A stretch of DNA of 64,000 nucleotides, taken from NCBI GenBank assembly GCA_030390025.1, contig CM059431.1, forward strand, positions 126,978,001 to 127,042,000, given 5' to 3'. The notes under the pieces were generated by a model that did not search any database, was not told the DNA's origin, and saw only the letters and a list, made by a program, of their open reading frames with translations. The position numbers and the translations under genes were made by a program. The stretch is from Squalus acanthias (Eukaryota). Shown here in pieces: positions 32,601 through 46,391 of the stretch; positions within the stretch are counted from its first letter, which is position 1; each line of letters starts with the position of its first letter.

Positions 32601-33668
32601 GTCAGGTTTTAGTCCCGCCTCCATCGACTTGTGGCCAACTCACGCTATTTTTCCTTGATTGACCTTGTTGAGCCCGCCCAGCAGGCTTAGCAGGCCAATT
32701 AAGGGGAAGCTGGTTACAGAGAACGTCAGCGTGTGACATTTCATCTGCCAAAAATTTTTGACAGATGAATTGTCAACTTTTGACAGCTTTGAGAAGCTGT
32801 CAAACACTGACATTCGCTGTTGTTTGGAGAGTTCTTGGACTCAAGGCTCACCAAACCTATTTTCTGAGCAGAAAGCAGATGGCTGTTGCATCAGAGAATG
32901 CAGCAGCCATTCTGTCATCTCTGCCGTGGAGATGCCGGAGCCCCGGATCCCCAACGATTGAAGCCTGCAGGAAGAAACAAAGGTAAGGAAACTTTTTCTA
33001 ACACTTTTCACTCACCTCACATACTTACCTCTCCACACTTGCACCCATCACTCACCTCCACAGTGCACTTTTGGACCGCTACGACTCCCACAGACCCACT
33101 GCTCGCCTCGCCGACCCTGGTGGGGTTTCCCAACATTGGGAAGCCCGCACCTCTGATGGAAAAATGGGGATAAACCTCTTAACTGCCTGTCAACTACCTG
33201 TTAACAAGCAGTTAAGTGGCTGTAATCCCCTTCCCACCTCCAGTAGACGGGACCAGCGCGGGTCAGGTACCCGCCTCCTGGGAAGATGGCACGGAGGTGG
33301 GTTGGGGGCGGGATGGGTACCCGCCCCCAGATTCTGCCATTTTCCCAGCAGTCCCACCTCCAAACCCGCCTCCCCAGGGCTGGCAAAATTATCCCCTAAG
33401 AGTCAACCACATTGCTGTGGGTCTGGAGTCACATATAGGCCAGACCAGGTAAGGACAACAGTTTTCCTTCCCTAAAGGACATTGATGAACCAGATGGGTT
33501 TTTACGACAATCCGATAGTTTCATGGTTACCATTACTGATACTAGTAATTATTCCAGATTTATTTAATTAACTGAATTTAAATTGGAATTTGAACTCGCA
33601 TCTCTGTATCATTAGTTCAGGCCTCTGGATTACTAGCCCAGTGACATTAGCACCTCGCTACCGTTCCC
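29641..33668 (-). mobile_element. CR1-group LINE, apparently without ORF1, with a tRNA-derived SINE-like 5' head
   Basis: PolyA-like tail at 29641; RT (GVPQGSVLGP, FADDC) 29938-31692; APE (ILTESYL, VGDFN, SDH) 31697-32390; head 33397-33668, separated from the body by a MITE. Confidence 0.75.
32553..33396. mobile_element. Harbinger-type MITE
   Basis: GGGG(G/A)T(G/A)ATTTTGCCA TIRs and TAA TSD. Confidence 0.8.
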
Positions 33669-33972
33669 TTGAGCAGGTGTTGAGGCTAGTGTTGCAGTTG
33701 GTCGGATTAGACTTTTGAAGATTGAACTCACTGACCTTGACAACTCATGTGAGATCATTAAACTTCTTCCTGCACTACATCCAGGTTCTTGCAGCTATAC
33801 TCTTGGTTTTAAGCTCCGCTGCTCTCTATTCCCACTGCATCCTGAGCATGTGTCTGGAGGGCCTCCAGCTCCCCTGAGGATACAAGACATTTCTCCTCCA
33901 TTCCACCTCTTCCATCAAGACCTCCAGTGCAGTGTCTGAAAACCTTGGTGCACGCTATCTAACATGGTCAGA

Positions 33973-34865
33973 CATAAGAACATAAGAACATAAGAAATAG
34001 GAGCAGGAGTAGGCCATTTGGCACTTGAGCCTGCTCCGCCATTCAATAAGATCATGGCTGATCTTCCACCTAAACTCCACTTTCCTGCACTATCCCCATA
34101 TCCCTTGATTCCCTTAATATCCAAAAATCTATCGATCTCTGTCTTGAATATACTCAACAACTGAGCATTCACAGCCCTCTGGGGTAGAGAATTCCAACGA
34201 TTCACCACCCTCTGAGTGAAGAAATTTCTCCTCATCTCAGTCCTAAACGGCCGACCCCTTATCCTGAGATTGTGACCCCTAGTTCTAGACTCCCCAGCCA
34301 GGGGAAACATCCTCCCTGCATCTACCCTGTCAAGCCCTGTAAGAATTTTGCATGTTTTAATTAGATTACCTCTCATTCTTCTAAACTCTAGAGAATATAG
34401 GCCAAGTCTACTCAATCTCTCCTCATAGGACAATCCCCCCATCCCAGGAATCAGTCTGGTTAACTTTCATTGCATTCCCCCTATGGCAAGTATATCCTTC
34501 CTTTGATAAGGAGACTAAAACTGTACACAATACTCCAGGTGTGGTCTCTGTTTTCTGTCCGGTAGCCAATCCTCAATCCATGCTAGTATATTACCCCCAA
34601 TCCCATGAGCCCTAATTTGTTTAATAACCTCTTGTGCGATACCTTAACGAATGCCTTCTGAAAATCCAAATGCACCACATCCACTGGTTCCCCCTTATCT
34701 ATCCTTCTAGTTACAAACTTAAAAAACTCAAACAGATTCATCAAACACGATTTCCCTTTCATAAATCCGTGTTGACTCTGCCCAGTCCTATTATTATTTT
34801 CTAAGTGACCTGTTACCACATCCTAAATAATAGATTCTAGCATTTTCCCTACTACTGATGTCAGG
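33973..34865 (-). mobile_element. CR1 3' fragment (internally deleted RT and tail)
   Basis: (CATAAGAA)n tail; ORFs 33915-34442 and 34583-34819 with CR1 RT motifs. Confidence 0.85.
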
Positions 34866-35577
34866 TCCCGTTTAATCGGACCACATGAGCCATCATCTGA
34901 TCCATGGGAACCAATCACAACCTCAGTGAGCTATTGAATATATGAAATAGTGATTCACATATGACCTCCCCCATTTTCTTAAACATTCTGGGCTTTGCAG
35001 CATTTTCATTCTTAAACTAACTTTTCCTATTTCTGCAGTTCTATTGAAGAAATTTTAGCTACACACTATCATGTAATACAGCCACCATGTCATTGTAGCT
35101 CATCTGCTGTATCTTTTCTATTTAACCTGCATGATAAATCTCTCATAGCGCCAATGCAGCCTTTGATTATGCACTGATTTCCAGCCTAACTGCAAAATAA
35201 ATCTTTCCATCACTACTGCAATTGTTCACTATTCATTTTTCTCATGTTATCTTAGCATTCCCAATATTGGCTTTAATTTATCCATGGGTGCTTTTCATAT
35301 TTGTCCCTACTTTCTTGCCAATAGATTATTTTGTACATAGCAAAAAAAATGTAGGTTAATTTCATTAATTTACCTGTTTAGCCATTATAGCTTCATTTTA
35401 CATGGATCCCTCCATTTGCTTCCTTGGGATATATAAACGCTTCCGTATTCAAAATTAATGCATTTTTTCTTTTGTACCACAATTATTATTACCCAGCAGC
35501 ATATCCCAATCTACCTTCCACAAATCATTCCTCATTAGTGAAAAGTTAGCCATCTTGAAATTAAGTACTAGCATTAT

Positions 35578-36309
35578 GGGCCTGAATTTCCGATTTGAGG
35601 CTTCCTGCGGGTGGATGCCTCCGATCGGAAAAAATCTACACACGTACCTGCTGGCTCCGTAAGTCCCGAGACTTCTGATCCTGAGCCTCTCCACTACGAA
35701 ATGCGCAGAGGCCCAGGTATCCCAGGGGCGCATGCGGTTCACAAGCGTCCCTGGGATCACGTGGGCCATGGGGAACCAATCAAAGAAGGGAATCCCCCTT
35801 CACACTTTTGACATGTCTCTACACACAGAACTGTCAAAAGTATGAATGGGGATCACTTAAAAAACACAGTTAAACATTAAATACATTTTTTTAAATCACA
35901 TATTTAAAATTACATTAAATTAAATATTTTAAACAAAAATTTAAGTTTTTTACGGGGCTAAAAATAAACTTACCATTTTAAAAAGTATTTTTAAATTATA
36001 AATAAATGTAAAAATTTTATTTTTTTATTTTTTTAAACTCTTATGCTGGTAAAAGCAGGCCTTACGCTTTTACCAGGCATAAGATTTTTAAAGGCTTTTA
36101 GCGGGCAGAAGTTGTGCAGAAAGCGGAACTCTCTGCCCGCGGAGGCCCTTCTCCTGGGCAGGCGGAGGATCTGTCAAGACGATTCTTGATAGATCGCAAT
36201 TGCTGGGTTTTAGCACATGCACTTCACATGCTTAAACCCGGCACTTGCGCGGCCCCTATGGGTGCGTACACACCTCGTATGCACCCATAGGGGTCACAAA
36301 ATCTGGCCC
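35578..36309. mobile_element. MITE family C (second, partial copy at ~59433-60075)
   Basis: GGGCC(T/A)GA(A/T)TTT termini, AT-rich centre and collinear similarity between the two copies. Confidence 0.7.
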
Positions 36310-36354
36310 GTTATTAGCAGTATTAAGTCACCTCAGCATTTAAACCAGTGTCAT

Positions 36355-36683
36355 TGCTGCCTAGATGGTACTATATGCCATGTATGATAGTACCGCAGTC
36401 ATGATAGTGGCGTAGGAACCCAGAGGTCGTGAATTCAAATCATGCCGTAGCAAATTGTGAAATTGCTAAATTTGGTCATTTGTGGATTGGCCCCAAAGAA
36501 AATACCCATGAAAGCTGCTGGATTATCTGAAAACCCCAATGGTTCATTAATGTCCTTCAGGGAAGGGAACCTGCCACCACTACCCAGTCTGGTCTACACA
36601 TGGTTCCAGTCCCACACTACAATAAAGAATAAACACTGCTGTCCCAATGTCTCCCACACCCCAAGAACAGATTAAATAAAAAT
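36355..36683 (+). mobile_element. Degenerate tRNA-derived SINE related to the head and tail of the 29641-33668 LINE
   Basis: B-box-like GAATTCAAATC, shared body (AATGTCCTTCAGGGAAGG...GTCTGGTCTACA) and A-rich tail. Confidence 0.55.
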
Positions 36684-38115
36684 GTTCCTCCCATAGAGAT
36701 CAAAAATCAATGGAATAAAAGTCAGGAGGATCCTATAAAGGGCGGCTGATCAGCTCCTCCAGATTACCACCCAGGTGGTGCAGATGAAAATATACCCCAT
36801 CATCTCCAGATCACGACTAAGTACTAAATGTAATAAATTGCCCTCTCTGTTACACTCACCAATATGTTGAATAAGGAAACAATCATTAACAGTGTCAACA
36901 AATAACTCAACCGTGCCTTCTTCTGCACTTTGATGTCCCACGTCAAATTAGTTAATGGAAGGAGAGTTAAAATCCCCCGTGTTAACAGTGCTACACTGTT
37001 CTGCTTCTCTTCTAATTTATTGATAAAGTTCCTTGTCCTGTTCTATCTGTTCCCCCACAAAGACCTATACCAAGTGTCACTGAGGGATCAATCTCATGTT
37101 CTTAACATCTTGGCTCCCTCCTGTTGATCAATATCCTCACTCTCAATTGCAGTTACAGATCCTGTTTTTCAAATAACGCTACACCCCCCTCATTTATGAT
37201 CCCACCTAACTTTACAGAATCCCATGTAACCTTTCACTTGCACTTGCAATCCATCACTATTACCCGGCCACATTTCAGAGATACCAATTATGTCTAAATC
37301 CTCTCAGGAAGCACATTTGCATAATTACAGCTTTTTACTTCTAATACCTCTAGCATTAGTATGAAAACATATCAAGGAATTCCATGTATGGTTTTTGTGG
37401 TTCGCTCTAAGTAAATGGTAGTCTAGTGATTAAGGTATCAGTGCTTGTCAGCTGCAATTTCCGCAAAGGTTCTCCCGATCTCCTGCCTTAACATCAGATG
37501 AAGATCAGCGGAGGCCTTGAGAAAGGGCTTATACAGCTGTTTACACTGCTTGTCCAGGGTTTCTGCTTATCTTCCAATGACATTATGGTGGGAGATCAGG
37601 AGAACCACTATTGAAATTCTACCCCTGTGAATTTAAATCCCACCAATGTAAATTGTAAAATTGAATTCAGTCAGCTAATTTGTGGGATTGTACCTGGGAA
37701 AAATGATCATGAAAGTTATCATTTTGTTGTAAAAATCCAATGGCAGATGATTGGAAAATCAGTCACTGCGGACCTACGATTTCCTGATCAGTGCTCCCAG
37801 TGAATCCATGTCTGCACTGGGAGCCATAGAGTCATGGGGCTGGATTTTGATACTGGGGCAGGCTTGGGTCGTGTAATCCGCATTTCGTGTTAGCCACCCG
37901 TTTCTAAATCGATGTGGGAGAATGATGCCATTTTAACCTAATTGGCCAATTAAGTTCCAACGTGTGGGAACCCATGGCCAGTGAGTTTTTCCAGTCTGAA
38001 AGTCGCCTCCGATGATGTCATCATTGCTGCTGCATTTAGGGTCTGCAACAAGCCTTGCTTCTTCTGCAGACTGCCAAGCTTTTGCCCTTGCATGTTAGAG
38101 GCACCTGCAGTAAGA

Positions 38116-39988
38116 ATGGCCAGCCAGAGACCTAGGTCTGCACCCCGCTTTGATGACGTTGCCCTGCAGGCTTTAGTAGAGGGAGCAAGAGCAAACAAAG
38201 AGGTGCTCTTCCCTTCTTCAGGGAGGAAGAAGCCTCCCCAGCAAACCAAGGCTGTGTGGATCCAGGTGGCAGAGGAGGTCAACTCTTTCTCAATAACCCA
38301 CAGAACCTGGCTTCAGTGCAGGAAGAGGCTTCATGACCTTCTGCGCACTGGAAAAGTGAGTATGAATTTCCCATCACCATCAATCTGATCCCTATTGCCT
38401 CTCCTCACCAGCACTCAGCTTCAGCAATCTCTTCCTCCACATCCCATTTGACACTGACATCCATGCACCCTTAGCCATTCCCTCTCTCTCTATGGTCACA
38501 TTCACCTAACTATTTGACTATGCAGCCCTCACACTCCCTATCACTGTGATGCAATTACAACTTACAACACTCAGGGAGGGCCCTTGGTCTTGCCACCTAA
38601 CTCCATCTTTGTCTCCTTCTAAGCATCTATGCTATGGATTCTCTACACTCACTCCTTCATTCTCACTCAAACTCCACTTGTCTCCCTCATTGCAGGAAAA
38701 GAGAGCTCACAATAAGAGGGAAAGAGCGAGGACAGGAGGAGGGCCACCCTCAGTAGCCCAGCTCACCACCTGGGAGGAGGCGGTCCTGGAGATGGTGGGA
38801 GTGGAGGAAGATTCCAAAGTGGGGGACGGACAGATGGGCGCATCACAGCAAGCTGGTGACAGAATAGTTTTCCATTTCTCTCAATGACATTGCATGAGTC
38901 GCTGATAATGATTCTGAAGCTCTAACAGATGGACTTATGTCCAGCTGCAATATGCAATGTGCATGTAACCTTGGCCTCACATCTCTGACTCTTTCCTTTA
39001 CTCCCCCCAGGACCATCACAAGCACCCGTCCCCACTGTCCAGGAGGAAGAGCATGAGCTTCAAGACTCCTCAGAGGAAGCTGCAACCTCTGAGGGTGCAG
39101 CGTCAGCAGGAATCAGCGCACCCAGCACCAGTGCAGACACTCACACCTCGGAGGGAACATCGCGAGATAGAGTAGTGTTGTCACCTGGTGTGTCACAGCT
39201 CACAAGTGAGCATCAGCAGATAGTGGAGACAGGGACAGCAGTGGAGAGTCCTAGTCGGAGGGCGCAGGACTCTCCCAGCTCGGCTCAGCTGCATGTCGAA
39301 CCTCTGCCTCTGGGTCCATCCATAAGATCAGTGGTGTTGGAACTCCAGAAACAGATGCAGGAGTCTCTGGCAGGTTTTGTCTCCAAGGTCACTGTGAGTG
39401 TGGAGCGAATGGAGGAGTCCATTGCGAACATGAGCAGAGCCTTTGTGGAGGCATTGACGCATGAACGCATCACCACGGAAAGGATGGCAACCTCCGTGGA
39501 AAGGATGGCTACAGTAGAGGAGAGGATGGCTACGGCCATGGAGGAGCTAAGTCGCCAGAGTGTAGAAAACATGGTCATTGTTCAGAATAGACTGGCATCT
39601 CTTGAGGAGCGATGGTCATCTATTGAACACAGAAACCAGACCTTCATGGAAGTCCTCTGGATTAGGACTTCCAGTGCAGAAACGGGTCCTCATGGCCCCC
39701 CCTGAAGTGCAGCAAGGTACTGTCAAGCCACTTGCTAGCTCTGAAGTGGGGCTGACCCATGAGAGGGATCTTGGTGGCAGACAACAAGCAAGTGGGGGCT
39801 CCTCTCCAAGCGCTCAAACAACCATGCCACTGCAAAGCCCTCGCTCAGAGACCCACCAGAATCCTCACCCAACTGAGATGGGTGTCTCATCCCCTGCACA
39901 GCCGCAGGAGCAGCAGACTGTTGGCAAGCCCACACAGGTTCGCAACCCCAGAGGACGCCCGCCAAAGCTGTCGAGACAGGAGCAGTAA
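38116..39988 (+). pseudogene. Harbinger Myb/SANT-like DNA-binding gene, 3 exons (38116-38355, 38696-38855, 39011-), probable frameshift near 39660-39700
   Basis: APRFDD...W..VAEEVN...RTWLQCRKRLHDL; GT/AG junctions keep phase; EKRAHNKRERARTGGG; ERMAT heptads; AT-hook-like PRGRP lies in a shifted frame. Confidence 0.8.
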
Positions 39989-40334
39989 GAAAGTGAGTAA
40001 GGGGCCTCCACATCTGCTGAAGTCACAGGGGAAGCACCACGTAGGAGCACGCGTAAGAGAAAGATAGTGCACAAATAGTCACAAGGGTAGTCACTTTGGT
40101 GAATTTTGATGTTTTATGTTAAAAAGCCATCAGATGATTACTGTAAATAAAAAATCTGATGGCTGCTGCTGTAGTTGTGGCGTGTGTCATTTCGCGAATG
40201 GACTTCCACATTGAGGGCTTAGGATTACTTGCAATTGTCAGTATGGTGTTCAAATTGCTAGGAATCCGATGGTTCTTGGCCATTGTCGATGCTCAGGTAA
40301 GAGGCTGCGAGGCAAAAGTGCTTGATTGGCTAGG

Positions 40335-41608
40335 CTAAGCAAATCTAGCCAAGATGAGTGCATTCCTTGCATCCCAGGCAGCAATGTTCTTGAGTCCTGC
40401 TGCCGCTGGTTGATGGGCCTCTGCAAGATGTTCGTTTTCGCTCTCCACCTCCTCCTCCTCCTCCTCCTCCTCCTCATCTGAGGAGGATATGTGACGAGTC
40501 ACTTGGTCCTCAGGAATCTGCAAGCCACGACGCTGTGCCATGTTGTGAAGTACACAGCAAACCACGACGATTCTGGAGACCCTGGCTGCTGAGTACTGCA
40601 GGGCTCCACCTGATCTATCCAGGCATCTGAAGCACATCTTCAGCAAACCGATGGTTTGCTCGATTATGGCTCTGGTGGACATGTGGCTGGAGTTGTAGCT
40701 CTCCTCAGCTGCGTTGGATGGGCTCCTCAACGGCGTCATTAGCCACGTCTTCAGGAGATAGCCCTTGTCTCCAAGTAGCCATCCATTAAGTTTGGTCTAG
40801 CGGACTGAATAGCGGAGGTACACTGGACAGGCACAGTATGAAGGAGTCATGGCAACTGCCAGGGTACTTGGCACAAACATGCAAAATTTCCTTCTTGTGG
40901 TCACACACCAGCTGAACGTTGAGGGAGTGGAAGCCCTTGCGGTTGACAAAAATACCTGGATTGCAATGGGGTGCCTTAAGGGCCACATGTGTGCAGTCAA
41001 CGACGCCCTGCACCCTTGGAAAGCCTGCCAGATTAGCTAATCCAACTGCACGCACTGTGACACTTGCTTGATCCTTGGTGAAATGGATGTGAGTGTACGC
41101 GATGGCAAAGAGGGCATCGGTTACCTGCGTGATGCAAGTGTGTGCGGCCGCCTGGGAGATGCCGCTGATGTCTGCTGCTGATCCCTGGAATGACCCTGAG
41201 GCAAAAAAGTTGATTGCGGTGATGACTTTGACGGCCACTGGTAAGGGTTGTCCACCTGGTCCTCTGGGCTGCAGGTGTTGTTGCAGCATTGCGCAGATGT
41301 CAGCCGCTACCTCTCACGAAAGTTGGAGCTGCCTTTGGCACTGCTGCTCAGACATGTTGAGGTAGCTGACCATGTGTCTGTAGACCCTGTTTGGGGGGTA
41401 TCTCCTGCGCCGACGGGCTTCCATGCGCTGGCCCCTTCTGGCCTGTGCAGCTTCAGGTGGGTGAGCAGTAGCTTGGCATCTCCTGTTGTTGCTGCTGCTG
41501 TTGGTGCTGCTGCTGTTGGTGCTGCTATTGTTCATGGTTCTGCTGGTGACGCGGCTGGTCTTCGACCTCATCTGATGTCCAGAAGGGAAGGAAATAAATG
41601 GCTCCCAT
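40335..41608 (-). pseudogene. Harbinger (HARBI1-like) DDE transposase with stops/frameshifts
   Basis: [69 protein letters not shown]. Confidence 0.9.
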
Positions 41609-42134
41609 GCTTCTGGTATATGCCTCAGTTGAGGAAGCGCTCAGTCAAGGTGGCGAGAGGGGTTTCCCAGGAGGTCACACTGGAGATGGGTGTCAGGCTC
41701 CAAACTTCCACAGCTGTGGTTATGCCTTCTAAAAGTTTCCCCAGACCTGAGACAGCAAAGCCCTGCCACCTGCAAATGATGGCTGATCAAATCTCCTATT
41801 TAATGGTTGAGCTGCAGCTAATAGTCAGCAATCCAATTGTGCTACCGCCAGGTTTCACCGTCGTGTTTCAGAACAGGCGTGCTTCACGTGGGAAAAGGGT
41901 TAAAATCACGAAGGCCTATCAAAATGGCATTATAGAGGCAATTAAGTGCTTGTTAAGGGCCTTAATGGCCTATCCCGCCTCTTGGAGGTGGGACGGAGAC
42001 GGGACCAGTAGACACGATTTAATGAAAATTGCATGGAGGCGGGATGGAGGCGGGGTTGGGCCCGCCCGGCAGTTTTTGCAATTTCACCCATACGCCTTCA
42101 ATGCCACCTCAACGGCCCGATGAAAATCCAGCCC

Positions 42135-45100
42135 ATAGAGTCATAGAATTATACAACACAGAAAGAGGCCCTTCGGCCCATCATGTCTGCGCCAGCCATC
42201 AAGCCCTGTCTATTCTAATCCCATTTTCTAGCACTTGGTCCGTAGCCTTGCATGCTAAGGCATTTCAAGTGCTCATCTAAATGCTTCCTGAATGTTGTGA
42301 GGGTTCCTGCCTCTACCACCCTTTCAGGCAGTGAGTTCCAGATTCCAACCACCCTCTGGGTGAAAAGTTTTTCCTCAAATCTCCTCTAAACCTCCTGCCC
42401 CTTACCTTGAAACTATGCCCCCTTGTTATTGACCCCTCTACTAAGGGGAAAAGTTCCTTTCTATCTACCCTATCATATGCCCCTCATAATTTTGCACACC
42501 TCAATCAGGTCCCCCCTCAGCCTTCTCTGTTCTAAGGAAAACAACCCCAGCCTGTCCAATCTCTCTTCATAGCTTAAACTCTCCAGCCCAGGTAACATCC
42601 TGGTGAATCTCCTCTGCACCCTCTCCAATGCAATCACATACTTCCTATAGTGTGGCAACCAAAACTGCACACAGTATTCCAGCTGTGGCCTAACTAGTGT
42701 TTTGTACAGCTCCATCATAACCAACCTGCTCTTATATTCTATGCCACGGCTAATGAAGGCAAGTATCCCATCTGCCTTCTTAACCACCTTATCTAACTGT
42801 CCTGCTGCTTTCAGGGATCTATGTACATGCACACCAAGGTCCCTCTGATCCTCTGTCCTTCCTAGGGTCCTACCATTCATTGTGTATTCCCTTGCCTTGT
42901 TAGTCCTCCCAAAAGGCATCACCTCACACCTTTCAGGCTTAAATTCCATTTGCATATGTTCTGCCCATCTGACCAACCAGTCGATATCGTCCTGTAGCCT
43001 GAGGCTTCCCTACTTGCTATTTACCACTCCATCAATTTTCGTGTCATCTGCGAACTTACTGATCATACCTCCTACATTCATATCTAAATCATTAATGTAC
43101 ACTACAAACAGCAAAGGACCCAGCACCGATCCCTGCAGTACACCACTGGACACAGGCTTCCAGTCACAAAAACAACCTTCGACCATCACCCTCTGCCTCC
43201 TGCCACTAAGCCAATTTTGGATCCAATGTGCCAAATTGCCCTGGATCCCATGGGCTCTTACCTTCTTGACCTATCTCCCATGCGGGACTTTGTCAAAAGC
43301 CTTACTGAAGTCCATGTAGACTACATCAAGTGCACTACCCTTATCCACACACCTAGTCACCCCCTCGAAAAATTCATTCAAATTGGTTAGACATGATCTC
43401 CCCCTGACAAAGCCATGCTGACTATCCTTGATTAATCCTTGCCTCTCCAAATGGAGACAAATTTCCCTACCACTGATGTTAGGCTCACTGGCCTATAATT
43501 CCCTGGTTTATCCCTACTACCCTTCTTGAATAATGGTACTACGTTAGCTGTCCTCAAGTCCTCTGGCACCTCCCCTGTGGCCAGAGAGGTTCTGAAAATT
43601 TGTGTCAGAGCCCCTGCAATCTATTCCCTGGACTCACACAGCAGCCTGGGATACATCTCGTCTGGGCCTGGGGATTTATCCTCTTTTACGCCCACTAAAA
43701 CCGCTAGTACCTCCTCCCTCTCAATACTAATTTGTTCAAGTATATCACAATCCCCCTGCCTGATTTCTATGCCTACATCGTCCTTCTCCAGAGTGAACAC
43801 AGATGCAAAATATTCATTGAAAACCTCACCCACATCTTCCAGTTCTACACACAGATTGCCACTTTGGTCCCTAATGGGCCCTACTCTTTCCCTGGTTATC
43901 CTCTTGCCCTTAATCTACTTATAAAACACCTTGGGATTTTCCTTTATTTTGCCCTCCAGTGTTTTTTTATGCCCCCTCTTCGCTCTCCTAATTTCTTTTG
44001 TCAGTACTCCCTGCACTTTCTATACTCCTCTAGGGCTTCCACTGTTTTTAGTACTTTGTATCTGCCAAAAGCCTCCCTTTTTGTTCTAATACATTCTTGT
44101 ATATCCCTTGAAATCCAGGGTTCCCTGGACTTGTTGGTCCCACCCTTGACCTTTACGGGAACATGTTGGCGCTGTACTCTCTCTATTTCCTTTCTGAATG
44201 ACTCCCACTGCTCTGATGTGGATTTTCCTACAAGTAGCTGATCCCAGTCCACTTTGGCCAGATCCTGTCTTACCATATTAAAATCGGCCTTCCCCCAATT
44301 TAGAACCTTTATTTCTGGTCCATCTTTGTCCTTTTCCAGGACTACCTTAAATCTCACCGAATTATGGTCACTGTCACCAAAATGCTCTCCTACTGACACT
44401 TCTACCACTTGCCCGGCTACATTCCCTAGAACTAGGTCCAGTACCGCCCCCTCTCTTGTTGGACTTTCTACATGCTGGTTCAGAAAGCTCTCCTGGATGC
44501 ACTTTAAGAATTCCGCACCCTCTAAGCCTTTCACACTCTGACTATCCCAGTTAATATTGGGGAAGTTGAAAACCCCTACTATTATTACCCTATTATTTCT
44601 AAACTTCTCTGAGATTTGCCTACATATCTGTTCCTCTATCTCCCCCTGACTGTTTGGGGGCCTATAGTACACTCCCAGCAAAGTGCTTGCCCCCTTTTTG
44701 TTTTTAAGTTCTACCCATATGGCCTCATTAGAGGAACCTGCTAAGATATCATCCCTCCTTACTGCAGTAATTGACTCCTTGACTAATATTGCGACACCCC
44801 CTCCTCTTTTACACCCCCCTCTGTCTCGCCTGAAGATTCTACACCCCGGAATATTGAGTTGCCAGTCCTGCCCCTCCCTCAACCATGTCTCTGTGATAGC
44901 AACAATATCATACTCCCATGTGTTCATCAACACCTTCAATTCATCTGCCTTACTCGCAAGACTCCTTGCATTAAAATAAATACCATCCAGCCTTGCCATA
45001 CTCCCTTGTGCCATTACATATTTGCTCTGCCTTCCAGACTGACTTGTTTTTTCCTCTATATTTGGCTGTGCATCACCCCCTACTATAGCACCACTCTGAA

Positions 45101-46100
45101 CCCCATCCCCCTGTCAAGTTAGTTTAAAACCCCCCCAACAGCACTAGCAAACCTCGCCGCAAGGATGTTGGGCCCGTTCCGGTTCAGGCGCAACCCGTCC
45201 GACTTGTACAGGTCCCACCTTCCCCAGAAACAGACCTAGTGATGCAGGAAACTAAAGCCCTCCCTCCTGCACCAAGTCTTTAGCCACGCATTCATCTGCT
45301 CTATCCTCCTATTCGTATACTCACTAGCACGTGGCAGCGGGAGTAATCCAGAGATTACAAACTTTGAGGTCCTGCTTTTTAATCTGCTACCTAGCTCCCT
45401 AAATTCTTGTTGCAGGACCTCATCCCTCTTTCTACCTATGTCGTTGGTACCAATGTGAACCATGACCTCTGACTGTTCGCCCTCCCCCTTCAGAATGCCC
45501 TGCAGCCTTGACCCTGGCACCAGGGAGGCAACATACCATCCTGGAGTCACGTTTGCGGCCGCAGAAACGCCTGTCTGCACCCCTCACTATTGCGTCTCCT
45601 ACCGCTATTGCCCTTCCACTCTTACTCCTCCACCATTGTGCAGCTGAGCCACCCACAGTGCCGTGAACTTGGCTCTGGCTGCACTCCCCAGAGGAACCGT
45701 CACTTTCACCGTTTTCCAACACAGAAAAACAGTTGTTGAGTGAGATGCACTCTGGGGCTTTCCTGACTACCTGCCTGCCCCCCTTCTTCTGACTGCTGGT
45801 CTCCCATTCCCTCTCTGACTGCACTTTCTTAAGCTGCGGGGTGACCACATCTAAAAACGTGCTATCCACGTAACGCTCAGCCTTGCGGATACACCGGAGA
45901 GCCTCCAGCTGATGCTCGAGCTCCGAAAACCGGATCTCAAGTTGGCCAAACCATTGGCACTTACTGCACATGCGGTCATCCTGACTGCAAGAAGTGTCTC
46001 GGAATTCCCACATGCTGCAGGCCGTGCAACGCACGGGACTGAGGTCCCCTGCCATACTTTTAATTAAAAAACTCTTACCTCAAATTTAAACTCTCGGATT
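42135..46100 (-). mobile_element. Full-length degenerate CR1 LINE
   Basis: ORF1 45236-46055 (CTAC..CSKC, GDAIVRG, HIGTND), APE 44001-45014, RT pieces 42473-43833, (ATAGAGTC)n tail. Confidence 0.9.
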
Positions 46101-46391
46101 CTCGCTCTCCCGAACTACCTTAACGATGATTGGGGAAATTGTAGTTTTCTTTTTTTTTTAAGTCTCCAAAGAAAAAGTCTGCCAAAGAATCTACCAAAAA
46201 GTCTTTAAAAAATCTTAACAGGGCTACAAAAACAAGTCTAATTTAACAACCAGTCCTCTCAATAGTTGTCTCAATTTAGGCTGGGGACATGGAATTTAAC
46301 TGCAGCTGGCTTTTAAACTCCTTGACCTAGAAATTGGATAACACAAGAAAACAGGCACAGGCACCGCAATGCGAGATGTGCCCGCGCCGTT

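Larger units (their letters stand above)
25968..33970. mobile_element. Degenerate Harbinger transposon (transposase +, Myb/SANT gene -) carrying nested insertions; right end uncertain
   Basis: Transposase remnants ~26470-27480; convergent Myb-gene remnants ~27700-29640 and 33669-33970 (CRKKFNDL on -). Confidence 0.7.
37837..42134. mobile_element. Full-length PIF/Harbinger transposon (4.3 kb), convergent Myb/SANT and transposase genes
   Basis: TIR GGGCTGGATTTT at both ends, 3-bp TSD ATG/ATA, inserted in the (ATAGAGTC)n tail of a CR1. Confidence 0.9.

Noticed and set aside
41248..42123. 291-aa plus-strand ORF
   Set aside because: It is antisense to the transposase N-terminus and the subterminal region, low complexity, with no recognisable domain.
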